NCBI GenBank assembly: GCA_963799625.1
Contig: CAWCXU010000001.1
Coordinates: 143,920 to 207,919 of the forward strand
Direction of reading: 5' to 3'
Length of the DNA stretch: 64,000 nucleotides
Origin: an uncultured Actinomycetes bacterium
GTDB taxonomy: Bacteria; Actinomycetota; UBA4738; HRBIN12
In this document: in pieces, positions 47,123 to 57,182 of the stretch
Position numbering within the stretch: position 1 is the first letter of the stretch
How the letters are laid out: each line of letters starts with the position of its first letter
Translations under genes and position numbers: made by a program
Notes under the pieces: model-generated
The model's input: the letters and a program-made list of their open reading frames with translations, nothing else
The model's database searches: none
What the model was told of the DNA's origin: nothing

Positions 47123-48361
47123 ATGACCGAGCGCATCGCACTCCTGCCCGACCGCATCGTCGACACCGACGCCGGCGTGGTGCTGACCGACCACGCGGTG
47201 CTCGTCGAGGACGACCGGATCGCCGACGTCGTGGCGACCGCCGACGTGCCCGACGGCCCGCGCCGGATCGACCTCGCCGGCCACACCGTCTTGCCCGGCC
47301 TGCTGGACATGCACTCGCATCTCGCCGGTGAGGAGGAGCAGGGGCAGGGCTACGCCTCGCTCGTGATGCGCAGCGGCGCGCAGGACGCGATCGTCGGGGT
47401 CCGCAACGCGCGGCTCGTGCTCGAGGCCGGCTTCACGACCGTTCGTGACGTCGGGTCCTTCCGGGCGTTCACCGACATCGCGATCCGGGAGGGGATCGAG
47501 GAAGGCTGGTTCCCCGGACCGCGCATGCTCTGCGCGGGCGCGTACGTGACGTGCCCGGGCGGGGGCGGCGACATCACCGGGCTCGCGGTCGACGTCGACA
47601 CCGTCGTGCCGAGCGAGCTGCGCTTCGGTGTGACGAGCGGCGTCGACCAGATGCGGGCGAACGTCCGGCGGATCATCGCGCGGGGCGCCGACTTCATCAA
47701 GATCATCGCGACCGGCGCCGTTCTGACGAGCGGCACGAACCCGGGCGCGCCCGAGTTCACCGAGGACGAGCTTCGCGCAGCCGTCGAGGAGACCGCGCTC
47801 CTCGGCACGTTCGTGGCCGCGCACGCACACGGCCCTGTGGGGATCGCGCGCGCGGTCCGTGCCGGCGTGCGTTCGATCGAGCACGCCTCGCTGATCGACG
47901 ACGAGGCGCTGGCGCTCGCGGTCGAGCACGGGACGTACCTCGTGATCGACATCTCCGACGGCGACCACATGGAGGAACAGGGGCCGGCGCTCGGCTACAG
48001 CGACGAGGTGATGCGCAAGGTCCGCTGGACGAACGAGGTCAGCCGGGCCATGTTCGGCAAGGCGGTCGCCGCCGGCGCGAAGATCGCGAACGGCTCCGAC
48101 ACCGGGATCGCGCCCTTCGGGACCGAGGCCAAGAACCTGACCTGCTACGTCCGGTTCGGGATGACCCCGATCCAGGCGATCAGGGCCGCGACCTCCGTCG
48201 CGGCGGAGATGATCGGCTGGCAGGACAAGGTCGGATCGGTCCGGGCAGGCTTGCTGGCCGACCTGATCGCGGTCCCCGGCGACCCGACCGAGGACATCAC
48301 GCTGCTCGAGTCGGTGCCCCTCGTGTTGCGGGGCGGCCGGGTGGTGAAGGACACCAGGTAG
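47123..48361 (+). CDS. amidohydrolase family protein (metal-dependent, imidazolonepropionase/prolidase-like)
   Basis: HxH (DMHSHL), KIIATGAV, AHAHG and D-ligand motifs. Confidence 0.8.
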   Translation: MTERIALLPDRIVDTDAGVVLTDHAVLVEDDRIADVVATADVPDGPRRIDLAGHTVLPGLLDMHSHLAGEEEQGQGYASLVMRSGAQDAIVGVRNARLVLEAGFTTVRDVGSFRAFTDIAIREGIEEGWFPGPRMLCAGAYVTCPGGGGDITGLAVDVDTVVPSELRFGVTSGVDQMRANVRRIIARGADFIKIIATGAVLTSGTNPGAPEFTEDELRAAVEETALLGTFVAAHAHGPVGIARAVRAGVRSIEHASLIDDEALALAVEHGTYLVIDISDGDHMEEQGPALGYSDEVMRKVRWTNEVSRAMFGKAVAAGAKIANGSDTGIAPFGTEAKNLTCYVRFGMTPIQAIRAATSVAAEMIGWQDKVGSVRAGLLADLIAVPGDPTEDITLLESVPLVLRGGRVVKDTR

Positions 48362-48411
48362 GGGGAGCGGGGGGCGGCGGAGCCGGCCCCCGCGGTCCCA
48401 CCGTCGGCGGT

Positions 48412-48915
48412 TCAGCCTCCGTACCAGCCCGTGTCGGGCGCACGGTCGATCACGCCGTGCAGGCGCCCGGCCAGCCGCCACCGCACGCTCTTGGTCGTAT
48501 GCAGATCGCGTGCCGGTAGACCGCACACGACGCGCGTGTGCGTCGCCGCCGCGTGCGCGTAGGCCCGGAACGGCCGGTCGGGGTTCGTGGACCGCACCAG
48601 GCACAGCAGGGGGCGCGGCGGCGTCGCGTTCGGGTCGCCGAACGTGTAGACGACGTAGTCGACGGAGGCGTCTCCGTACGAATCGATCTGCCAGTAGAAC
48701 GAGCCCTTGCCGTCGGACAGGTCGAACGCCTTGTAGGTCGACACCGCGAGTCGGGCGCGGAACACGCCGTGGTCGATCTTGACCGTGCGGATCGACGAAC
48801 GGGCGACATCGAGGCCCTTCGGCGTGTCCCGTGGGTCGCCGGCCGTTGCGGCGAGCGCGCTGTGCGCGCCGAGCAGCAGTGCCGCCGCGATCACCGTGGT
48901 TGCGATGCGTCGCAT
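48412..48915 (-). CDS. secreted protein (hypothetical)
   Basis: signal peptide MRRIATTVIAAALLLGAHSALAATA. Confidence 0.5.
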   Translation of the reverse strand: MRRIATTVIAAALLLGAHSALAATAGDPRDTPKGLDVARSSIRTVKIDHGVFRARLAVSTYKAFDLSDGKGSFYWQIDSYGDASVDYVVYTFGDPNATPPRPLLCLVRSTNPDRPFRAYAHAAATHTRVVCGLPARDLHTTKSVRWRLAGRLHGVIDRAPDTGWYGG

Positions 48916-49013
48916 GATCTCTCCTCCCTACGAACGGGGTTCACGGTGCATCCGCTCGCAAGGAGGGTCAACCCGGACCTTCGGTCGGGGACCGTTGGTC
49001 TATGCCGTTCGGA

Positions 49014-49355
49014 TCAGACGTTCGCGGGCTCGGCGGTCCAACGCTCGGCCCAGGTCTGCAGTTCGTTCAACACGTCGGCGAGCTCACGCCCTCGCTCGGT
49101 GAGCCCGTAGGACACCTTGACCGGCGTCGAGGGCTCGACACAGCGCGCCACGATCGAGGCGGCCTCGAGTGCCTTCAGTCGTTCGGAGAGCGAAGCGTCG
49201 GAGATCTTCGGCACCGCCTGCTTCAGCTCCGAGTACCGCTGCGGCCCGGGGCGGAGCGCGTGCACGATCAGCGGCATCCACTTCTGCGCGATCAGCTCTG
49301 CCGCCTCCTGGAAATGCCGGCAGGTCGCCTGGTCGTGCTCCGGTGTCATCGCCAT
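49014..49355 (-). CDS. HxlR-family winged-helix transcriptional regulator
   Basis: 113-aa HxlR-type HTH (CRHFQEAAELIAQKWMPLIV...YSEL); divergent from YceI gene. Confidence 0.8.
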   Translation of the reverse strand: MAMTPEHDQATCRHFQEAAELIAQKWMPLIVHALRPGPQRYSELKQAVPKISDASLSERLKALEAASIVARCVEPSTPVKVSYGLTERGRELADVLNELQTWAERWTAEPANV

Positions 49356-49499
49356 ACCCTAGGCAACGCTGCGTGGTCGGTCAAGATTCCGGAGGGACTC
49401 TGGAATACGGAGTTACTGCGAGAGGTTGAGCGGGGTATCGGCCGCCGCGGGGGCGGCCAGCGGACCACCCGGGAAGGGCCGGGGAAGGGGAGGAACATC

Positions 49500-50069
49500 A
49501 TGAGTGAAGTGAGCACTCGCAGCATCAACGGGATCGAGCTGCCGCCCGCCGGAGCGTACGGGTTCGACCAGGCGCACACCACGGTCGGGTTCGTGGCGCG
49601 GCACATGTTGTCGAAGGTCCACGGGCGGTTCACCGCCTACGACGGCCAGGTCAAGATCGGCGAGGCCGTGGAGGATTCGTCGGTGCACGTCGAGATCAAG
49701 GCCGACTCGATCACGACGGACAACGAGGGGCGTGACGAGCACCTGCGCAGCAGCGACTTCTTCGAGATCGAGACGTACCCGACGCTGTCGTTCACGTCGA
49801 CCGCGTTCCGGCCGGGGAAGGACAAGGCGTTCGAGCTCGACGGCGACCTCAGCGTGAGAGGTGTCACCCGACCCGTGACGCTCAAGGGTGAGTTCCTCGG
49901 CTGGGGCCCGGGCCTCCGGGGCGGTACGATCGCCTCGTTCACCGCGGCGACCACGATCGATCGAGAAGAATTCGGCCTGACGTGGAACATGGCCGTCGAG
50001 ACCGGCGGCTGGCTCGTCGGCAAGAAGATCGACATCGTGATCGACGCCGACCTCGTGCTCGAGGACTGA
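49500..50069 (+). CDS. YceI-family periplasmic/lipid-binding protein
   Basis: YceI beta-barrel motifs; GGGGAGGA RBS. Confidence 0.85.
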   Translation: MSEVSTRSINGIELPPAGAYGFDQAHTTVGFVARHMLSKVHGRFTAYDGQVKIGEAVEDSSVHVEIKADSITTDNEGRDEHLRSSDFFEIETYPTLSFTSTAFRPGKDKAFELDGDLSVRGVTRPVTLKGEFLGWGPGLRGGTIASFTAATTIDREEFGLTWNMAVETGGWLVGKKIDIVIDADLVLED

Positions 50070-50086
50070 TCCACCGGTTGTGCCCG

Positions 50087-50120
50087 AGGGGGCGGCGCGC
50101 GGATGCGCGCCGCCCCCTCG
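50087..50120 (+). terminator. GC-rich perfect hairpin (14-bp stem CGAGGGGGCGGCGC / GCGCCGCCCCCTCG) between YceI and nitrilase-family genes; no U-tract
   Basis: inverted repeat seen directly in sequence. Confidence 0.45.
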
Positions 50121-50133
50121 GTACGCTGGGGTT

Positions 50134-50952
50134 GTGCGCGCAGCGGTGTGTCAGCTGAACGGCGGCGACGAGGACGTGGACGCGAACCTCGCGACGGCCG
50201 ACCGTCTCGTGCGCGAGGCGGCCGACGGCGGCGCGGATCTCGTGGTGCTCCCCGAGCTGTTCGCCTACTACGGGTCCCAGCGGCAGATGCGGGCGATGGC
50301 CGAACCGCTCGGCGGTCCGATCACGACCTTCCTGGCGGACCTCGCTCGCGACCGGTCGGTGTGGCTCCTCGGCGGCTCGGTCTGCGAGGCGGCCGACGGC
50401 CGCGTCTACAACACGTCGTTCCTGTTCGACCGCGACGGTGAGGTCCTGGCGCGCTACCGGAAGATCCACCTGTACGACGCGGAGTTGCCCGGCCAGCGTC
50501 CGATCCGGGAGTCGGCGTTGTTCGCCGCGGGCGACGAGGTCGTGACGCGTGACGTCGAGGGTGTCCGGCTCGGGCTGTCGATCTGCTATGACCTGCGTTT
50601 CCCGGAGCTCTACCGCGGCTTGATGACGTCGGGCGCGCTGGTGGTCGCGGTGCCGTCGGCGTTCCAGGCGACGACCGGGGCGGCTCACTGGGAGGCGTTG
50701 TTACGGGCTCGCGCGATCGAGGAGCAGAGTTACGTGCTCGCCGCCGCGCAATGGGGTCCGTGGGGCGCGCCGGGCGCGGGGCATCGCACGTTCGGCAACG
50801 CGATGATCGTCGACCCCTGGGGCGTGGTGCTCGAGCGCGCGCCCGAAGAGGGAGACGGGGTCTGGTTCGCGGACCTGGATCTCCAGACGGTCCGATCGGT
50901 GCGTTCGCGATTGCCCGCGCTGGCCCACCGCCGCCTCGGGACCGTGTGCTGA
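50134..50952 (+). CDS. carbon-nitrogen hydrolase (nitrilase superfamily)
   Basis: E-K-C triad context (VVLPELF ... RKIHLYD ... LGLSICYDLRFPE). Confidence 0.8.
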   Translation: MRAAVCQLNGGDEDVDANLATADRLVREAADGGADLVVLPELFAYYGSQRQMRAMAEPLGGPITTFLADLARDRSVWLLGGSVCEAADGRVYNTSFLFDRDGEVLARYRKIHLYDAELPGQRPIRESALFAAGDEVVTRDVEGVRLGLSICYDLRFPELYRGLMTSGALVVAVPSAFQATTGAAHWEALLRARAIEEQSYVLAAAQWGPWGAPGAGHRTFGNAMIVDPWGVVLERAPEEGDGVWFADLDLQTVRSVRSRLPALAHRRLGTVC

Positions 50953-50953
50953 G

Positions 50954-51511
50954 CTATGGCAGGTCCTCGGGCGTGTCGACGTCAACGGGGGCGGGCCGAT
51001 CGATCCGCACCTCATGCACCCAGTCGGGGTGCGACGCCATCAACACCCGCGCGCCCGCGTCTCCGTGCAGGTGGCCCGCCTCGGCGTAGATCTCGCGAGA
51101 CAGGAGCGCCGGCCCCGGCCCATCGGTGAACATCAGCCGCACGATCTGCGACCGCGTCGCGCGGAAGCCGTCCACGAGCGCTCCGACATCGTCGGCGGTC
51201 ACGCCCGGTTGGTCGGCCAGGAGGACGACGGCAGCCTCGCTCTCGTCGTCGACCGCGTGCAATGCGGCGGCCAGCGACGTCGCTTGTCCGTCTCGGTAGC
51301 CCGGGTTGGTGACGACGGTCACGCCATCGGGGAGCACAGCCCGAACCGAGTCCTCGTCGTGACCGACCACGACGATCAGCTCACCGAAGTCCGCTCCCTG
51401 CAAAGCGGTGATCGCGTGGACGACGAGCGGCGATCCATCCACGGGCACGATCTGCTTCGTCGCGCCGAACCGCGAGCTCGTCCCGGCAGCGAGCACGATG
51501 CCAGAGATCAT
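50954..51511 (-). CDS. molybdenum cofactor cytidylyltransferase-like nucleotidyltransferase (MocA-like)
   Basis: LAAGTSSRFG ... KQ motif of the NTP_transf_3 family. Confidence 0.75.
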   Translation of the reverse strand: MISGIVLAAGTSSRFGATKQIVPVDGSPLVVHAITALQGADFGELIVVVGHDEDSVRAVLPDGVTVVTNPGYRDGQATSLAAALHAVDDESEAAVVLLADQPGVTADDVGALVDGFRATRSQIVRLMFTDGPGPALLSREIYAEAGHLHGDAGARVLMASHPDWVHEVRIDRPAPVDVDTPEDLP

Positions 51512-51545
51512 GTCGGGAGCCTACGGGCGGGCGACGCGGTCGCTG

Positions 51546-52679
51546 TCAGCGCGCTTCCGTGCCCGGGCGGGGCCGCTCGTGGATCGGACCCGGCCGCTCC
51601 TTCAGGAATCCACCGTCACGGCCGTGTCGGACCGCGACGATCTCCGCGACGATCGCCTGCGCGATCTCATCCGGGCCTTCCGCGCCGAGGTCGAGGCCGG
51701 CCGGACCGTGGATCCGCGCTCGTTGATCATCGGTGATCTCGACGCCCTCCTCAGCCAGGTCCATCAGGATCCGCTGGGTGCGCGCGGCGGGGCCGAGCAT
51801 CGCGATGTACCCGACGTCGGTCCGGAGCAGTCCGCGGAGGTAGTCGCGGTCGCGTAGGTAGTTGTGCGTCATCACGACGGCGAACGTGCGCTCATCCAAC
51901 GGCGCCGCCGTCGCAATCTCCGACGGCTCCCGGACACGCACGAACGCATGAGCCTCGGGGTATCGCTCCCGGCTGAGGAACGCCGGCCGATCGTCGACGA
52001 CCACGGCGTGCCAGCCGATCGTCGCTGCGACGCGCACGAGCGGGATCGCGTCGTGTCCGGCCCCGCACAAGACGAGCCGTAGCGGCGGATCGAGCACCTC
52101 GACGAACGCGCGCACGGCGCCGGCCAGGCTTCGGACCTCCGAGCGTCCCGACGCGAGCAGCTCCTTCGCAGCGACCGTTGCCTCCGCGTCGACATCGGCA
52201 TCGCCGAGGCTCCCGTCGACCGAGCCGTCAGGGCGCGCGACGAGCCGGGCGCCGGGCTCGACGCCCGCGACGTCGGACTCGAGCGCCGTCACGACGCAGA
52301 TCGGGCGCTCCTGCTCGAGCGCCTCGCGCAGCGCATGGGTCACGGCCACCGCTCGTTCGGCCGGCTCGATGAACACCTCGATCGCGCCGTTACAGCCGAG
52401 GCCGAGGCCCCAAACGTCGTCGTCGTCGGCCGTGAGGTCCCAGCCCGCGAGCCGGGCGGTGCCCTCCTCCATCACGATGCGCGCCATGTCCGCCACGTCT
52501 CCTTCGAGGCACCCACCGCTGATGTTCCCGATCGGCGCGCCGTCCTCCGGGACGAGCAGCCGCGCGCCGGGACGGCGATACGTGGAGCCGCGGACGGCCA
52601 CGATCGTGGCCAGCGCCATCTTCTGGCCCTCGGCACCGAGGCTCTCGATCGCCTCCAAGACGTCGGTGATCTCGCTCAC
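51546..52679 (-). CDS. XdhC/CoxF-family molybdoenzyme maturation protein
   Basis: XdhC N-terminal and Rossmann-like C-terminal domains (LVLCGAGH). Confidence 0.75.
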   Translation of the reverse strand: MSEITDVLEAIESLGAEGQKMALATIVAVRGSTYRRPGARLLVPEDGAPIGNISGGCLEGDVADMARIVMEEGTARLAGWDLTADDDDVWGLGLGCNGAIEVFIEPAERAVAVTHALREALEQERPICVVTALESDVAGVEPGARLVARPDGSVDGSLGDADVDAEATVAAKELLASGRSEVRSLAGAVRAFVEVLDPPLRLVLCGAGHDAIPLVRVAATIGWHAVVVDDRPAFLSRERYPEAHAFVRVREPSEIATAAPLDERTFAVVMTHNYLRDRDYLRGLLRTDVGYIAMLGPAARTQRILMDLAEEGVEITDDQRARIHGPAGLDLGAEGPDEIAQAIVAEIVAVRHGRDGGFLKERPGPIHERPRPGTEAR

Positions 52680-52754
52680 TCGCACGATGGTAGCCCTGCG
52701 TGGGCCGGAGGTTGGCCGCTCAGTTCGCCGGCTCAGAGGCCGATACCTGTGGAT

Positions 52755-53327
52755 ATGGACGATTCCTTCTCGCTCGGGCAGCCCGCCAAGCGCCAAGCCC
52801 GCCCGGCCAGGCGTGTGCAGCCCAAGCACGCGGCCCCGACGCCCAGGCGTGGCTCCAGTGGGATCCAGCGCACGCGCTACATCCTCGGTGCGATCGGCCT
52901 CGTCGTCGCGGCCGTCGTGGTCTGGGGGTTCATGCACTTCATGTCGAGCGCCGGCAACGAGGCGGCGAGCGGTCAGATGCAGGAGATCGGCGCCGCCCAG
53001 GATGTTCAGGCGCAGATGACCGGGCAGCAGACGATCCAGTCGGTCCAGGGCCTCTACGCCCAGAGCGGGGCGTTCAACTCGATCACGCCCCAGGCGCTGA
53101 AGGCGTTCGAGCCCACCTACACCTATACGAACGGCCCGTCGACCGACCCGAACACCGTGAGCGTCGCCAGCACCGCGACGGACGCGGGGCTGGCGGTGTT
53201 GTCCACGTCGGGCCGCTGCCTCTATGCGCATATCACGGCCGCGGGCGTCACGTACGGCAGCGGGACGACCTGTACCGGGACCGTCGCGCTCAAGGCCTCC
53301 TCGCCTTCCTGGCCCACCCCGGCCTGA
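52755..53327 (+). CDS. membrane-anchored protein, paralog family A (conserved C-terminal 2-Cys domain)
   Basis: MDDSF start, basic cytoplasmic segment, one TM, C-terminal GPSTDPNTVSVAS ... GRCLYAHITAAGVTYGSGTTCTGTVAL. Confidence 0.55.
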   Translation: MDDSFSLGQPAKRQARPARRVQPKHAAPTPRRGSSGIQRTRYILGAIGLVVAAVVVWGFMHFMSSAGNEAASGQMQEIGAAQDVQAQMTGQQTIQSVQGLYAQSGAFNSITPQALKAFEPTYTYTNGPSTDPNTVSVASTATDAGLAVLSTSGRCLYAHITAAGVTYGSGTTCTGTVALKASSPSWPTPA

Positions 53328-53368
53328 GCTTCACCCCGCCTCGCAGGCGTCCGATACCTCCCCCTGTA

Positions 53369-53961
53369 TGGATGACGCATTCCGGATGGTCGCCGCGCGG
53401 ATGCCGCGCGCTCGCCGATTGACGCCCTTCGCCGCGCGCGCCACGGTTCTCCTCGTCGTGCTGGGCATGCTGCTCGTCGTGTTCGCGTCGTTCATCGCCT
53501 CCGAGCAGCGTGCGGCCGATGCCCGGCGCGCGCAGCTCGAAGCCACGCAGCGTGCCGACGCCGAGGCCCAGGCCCGCGCCACGGCGGCGCAGGTTGGGGC
53601 CGCCGACCCGGGAACCCCCGACGGCGCCGCCGTCCGGGGCTTGGTGAACGAACACGCGCAACAAGCAGCCACCACGGCCCTCGGCACCGCCCGGCGGTTC
53701 GCGACGACCGCGTCGATCGACGGCGCAACCGCGGCCGCGATCTCCCCGCTCGACCCGAGCCTGCTGTTCGTCGACGGCCCCTCGACCGGCCCCTCCGTGG
53801 TGAGCGTCTACGCCGGCGCCGCCGGATGGGCGGCGGCGGTGGGCGGCGCGCACGGCACCTGCTATTGGGTGGCCGTCGCGCTCGACGGTCGCACGCGGTA
53901 CGGCACCGGCACGCCGTGCACCGGGATGGCCGCGCTCGCGGCCGACCGGGGCGCCTGGTAG
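53369..53961 (+). CDS. membrane-anchored protein, paralog family A (second copy)
   Basis: MDDAF start, one TM, C-terminal [13 protein letters not shown] ... [28 protein letters not shown]. Confidence 0.55.
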
Positions 53962-54049
53962 CGCGTCGACGCGGACCACACGCCGGTACTACGCTCGGGA
54001 GTCTCGTCCAGCCGTCCGACGCGAGGAGCGTTCACTGACGCAGATCTCC

Positions 54050-54499
54050 GTGACCGTCAATGGCACGACGCGCACCCACGACGTCGAGCCGCGGACGTTG
54101 CTCGTCTACTACCTCCGCGAACAGCTGGGGCTCACCGGTACCAACGTGGGATGCGATACCTCCTCGTGCGGCGCATGCACCGTGCACGTCGACGGCGAGT
54201 CGGTGAAGTCCTGCACGATGCTCGCGGCGCAGGCCGACGGACGCGCGGTCACCACGATCGAGGGGATGGCTCGCGACGGCGAGATGCATCCGCTACAGGA
54301 CGCGTTCCACCGCAATCATGGTCTACAGTGCGGGTACTGCACGCCCGGCATGATCATGGCGGCGGCGAGCTTCCTCAACGAGAACCCGCACCCCACCGAG
54401 GAAGAGGTGCGCGAGTCTCTCGAGGGGAACCTCTGCCGGTGCACCGGCTACCACAACATCGTGGCGTCGATCCTGGACGCCGCCGACGGCGCGGCATGA
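54050..54499 (+). CDS. (2Fe-2S)-binding small subunit of a xanthine-dehydrogenase/CO-dehydrogenase-family molybdoenzyme (CoxS/CutS-like)
   Basis: two cluster motifs ([11 protein letters not shown]; CGYCTPG...CRCTGY). Possible alternative CTG start at 54035, 6 nt after GAGGAG. Confidence 0.85.
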   Translation: MTVNGTTRTHDVEPRTLLVYYLREQLGLTGTNVGCDTSSCGACTVHVDGESVKSCTMLAAQADGRAVTTIEGMARDGEMHPLQDAFHRNHGLQCGYCTPGMIMAAASFLNENPHPTEEEVRESLEGNLCRCTGYHNIVASILDAADGAA

Positions 54500-55317
54500 T
54501 CCCCGCGCCGTTCGACTACGTGCGCGTCGACTCCGTGGACGAGGCGATCGCGGGTCTCGTGGCGGACCCCGAGGCAAAGCTGCTGGCGGGCGGGCATTCG
54601 CTGCTCCCGGCGATGCGCCTGCGGATCGCGCGCCCCTCGACGTTGATCGACATCGGGCGGATCGAAGGGTTATCCGCGATCCGTGAGGACGGCGATGAGA
54701 TCGTGATCGGCACGCTCGCGAGGCACCACGACGTCGCGAACAGCGAGCTGCTCCAAGCGTCGTGTCCGATCATGGCGTTCGCGGCGGCCCAGATCGGTGA
54801 TCCGGCGGTGCGCCACGTCGGGACGATCGGTGGCTCGGTCGCGCACGGCGATCCCGCCGGGGACATGCCGGCCGTCTTGCTCGCACTCGACGCGTCCTTC
54901 GTGGCGACCGGAGCGGGTGGCGAGTCGCGCTCGATCGACGCGGGGTCGTTCTTCACGGGATTGTTCGAAACGGCGCTCGCACCGAACGAGGTGCTCACCG
55001 AGATCCGGGTGCCGAAGGCCTCGGGGGGGTGGAGCTTCCTCAAGTTCAACCGGCGCGCCCAGGACTGGGCGTTGGTCGGGGTCTCCGCGGTGCGCGCCAA
55101 CGGCGGGGTGCACGTCGCCCTGACCAACATGGGGCTCACCCCGCTGCGGGCCGTCGGCGTCGAGGAGGAGCTCGCGGGCGGCGCGGACCCCGCGATGGCG
55201 GCGGCCCGGGCCGACGAGGGCACGGCGCCGCCCGACGATGCGTTCGCGTCGTCCGAGTACCGGCGCGCCCTCGTCAAGGTCCTGACTCAGCGCGCGTTGG
55301 AAGAGGCGATGGCCTGA
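54496..55317 (+). CDS. FAD-binding medium subunit (CoxM/CutM-like)
   Basis: FAD-binding PCMH-type domain ([25 protein letters not shown]); ATGA overlap with the small subunit. Confidence 0.85.
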   Translation: MIPAPFDYVRVDSVDEAIAGLVADPEAKLLAGGHSLLPAMRLRIARPSTLIDIGRIEGLSAIREDGDEIVIGTLARHHDVANSELLQASCPIMAFAAAQIGDPAVRHVGTIGGSVAHGDPAGDMPAVLLALDASFVATGAGGESRSIDAGSFFTGLFETALAPNEVLTEIRVPKASGGWSFLKFNRRAQDWALVGVSAVRANGGVHVALTNMGLTPLRAVGVEEELAGGADPAMAAARADEGTAPPDDAFASSEYRRALVKVLTQRALEEAMA

Positions 55318-55360
55318 GGGTCGGGGCCGCTGCGGCCTCCGCAGCCGCTGCTAGGGTCGC

Positions 55361-56254
55361 GTGATGCTGCTCGTCCGCGGGCTGTTGTTGCTCGCCCAGA
55401 CGGAAGAACCCACGCCGTTCTCGGTGGCCTGGTTCCAGCTCCACAAGTGGGACCTCGGGGTCACGATCGCGGTCGCCGTCGTGCTGACGATCGTGGCCCG
55501 GCGCTGGTCGCGCCGCTACCGGCGGCGCACGAAGGGCGGGGGCGACGACGCCGAGAGCCGTCGACGGCGCCGGGTCGCTACGGTGATCGGGCTGCTGTCG
55601 GGGATCATCGTCGTGATCGCTTGGTTCGTGTTCCTGCTCACTCTGCTGAAGGACCTCGGCGTCGATATCACGCCGATCATCGCCTCGGCTGGGATCGCTG
55701 GGATCGCGCTCGGGTTCGGCGCGCAGACGATCGTGCGCGACTCGCTATCCGGGTTGTTCATCTTCATCGAGGGGCAGTTCGACGTCGGCGACACGGTCGA
55801 CCTGACCATCTCCTCGGGAACGGTGTCGGGAACGATCGAGACGCTCAACCTACGCACGACGGCGGTCCGGCAGTACGACGGGACGCTCTCGACGATCCCG
55901 AACGGGCTGATCGAGGTGACGAACAACCGCACGCGCGGATGGGGGCGCGCGGTCGTCGACCTCCCGGTGTCGCTGGACGAGGACCCCGACCGCGTGCGCG
56001 GGGCGCTGGAGGAGCTGGTCGAGGAGGTCGCGTCGCAACCGCCGCTGGACGCGTGGCTCCGCAAACCGCCCCAGGTGCTCGGCGTCACGCAACTGACGAA
56101 CGTCGCCCAGGTGATCCGGATCGCTGCCGAGACCGAGCCGAGCCACCGGATCGACGTCGAACGGCTCTTGCGAGCGAAGGTCGTGGCGCGGATGAGCGAG
56201 CGCGGGATCAAGGCGCCGCCCGTCGTGCCGGGGATGCCGAGACCGCCGGAGTAG
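55361..56254 (+). CDS. MscS-family mechanosensitive channel
   Basis: TM3-like pore helix (GIAGIALGFGAQTIVRD) and beta-domain. Confidence 0.8.
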   Translation: MMLLVRGLLLLAQTEEPTPFSVAWFQLHKWDLGVTIAVAVVLTIVARRWSRRYRRRTKGGGDDAESRRRRRVATVIGLLSGIIVVIAWFVFLLTLLKDLGVDITPIIASAGIAGIALGFGAQTIVRDSLSGLFIFIEGQFDVGDTVDLTISSGTVSGTIETLNLRTTAVRQYDGTLSTIPNGLIEVTNNRTRGWGRAVVDLPVSLDEDPDRVRGALEELVEEVASQPPLDAWLRKPPQVLGVTQLTNVAQVIRIAAETEPSHRIDVERLLRAKVVARMSERGIKAPPVVPGMPRPPE

Positions 56255-56306
56255 CTGTCGGGATGGTTGTCTGAAAGGTCTGCCGGGGAGCCGGTAGGCT
56301 GCCCCG

Positions 56307-57182
56307 ATGGCACCGATCCCCGCGACCGTCGACGAGTTGACCGCCGAGCTCGGCGAGCACGCGTACCTGGCCGACCGCGGCCTGTCGACGGCGATCTACC
56401 TGTCACTGTCGCTCGGCAAGCCGCTCCTGCTCGAGGGCGAGGCGGGGGTCGGGAAGACCGAGGTCGCGAAGGTCCTCGCCGAGCTGCTGGACCGGGAGCT
56501 GATCCGCCTGCAGTGCTACGAGGGGATCGACGCCTCGCAGGCGTTGTACGAGTGGAACTACTCGCGGCAGCTGATCGCTGTTCGCGCGATGGACGCGGTC
56601 GAGGCGAGCACCGACGTGCAGGACCTGTTCGGGCCCGAGTTCCTGGTGGAACGGCCGTTGCTCGCGGCGATCCGCCGAGGGGACCGCGCGGTGCTGTTGG
56701 TCGACGAGCTCGACCGGGCGGACGACGAGTTCGAGGCGTTCCTGCTGGAGATCTTGTCCGAGTTCGCGGTCACGATCCCGGAGGTCGGGCGCATCGGCGC
56801 AGAGACAGCTCCGGCGGTGATCGTCACGTCGAACCGCACGCGCGAGCTACACGACGCGCTGAAACGCCGGTGCCTATACCACTGGATCGACCATCCCGAT
56901 CTGGACCGGGAGGTAGCGATCGTCCGTGCGCGCGCGCCCCACGTCGGTGCGGCGCTCGCACGCGACGTCGCCGGTGCCGTCGAACGGCTCCGCGACCTCG
57001 ACCTCGCGAAGGTGCCAGGTGTGGCAGAGACGATCGACTGGGCGAACGCCCTGGCGTTCTTGGGTGCCGAGCGCCTCGACGCCGCGCTCGCCGCCGACAC
57101 CCTGGGCGCCGTCGTGAAGGACCACGAGGATCAGGCGCTCGTGACCCCGCGGCTGGCCGAGGTGGTCGGGGAGGATGGCTGA
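56307..57182 (+). CDS. MoxR-family AAA+ ATPase (CoxD-like)
   Basis: Walker A LEGEAGVGKT, Walker B LLVDELDRA, sensor motifs. Confidence 0.85.
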   Translation: MAPIPATVDELTAELGEHAYLADRGLSTAIYLSLSLGKPLLLEGEAGVGKTEVAKVLAELLDRELIRLQCYEGIDASQALYEWNYSRQLIAVRAMDAVEASTDVQDLFGPEFLVERPLLAAIRRGDRAVLLVDELDRADDEFEAFLLEILSEFAVTIPEVGRIGAETAPAVIVTSNRTRELHDALKRRCLYHWIDHPDLDREVAIVRARAPHVGAALARDVAGAVERLRDLDLAKVPGVAETIDWANALAFLGAERLDAALAADTLGAVVKDHEDQALVTPRLAEVVGEDG

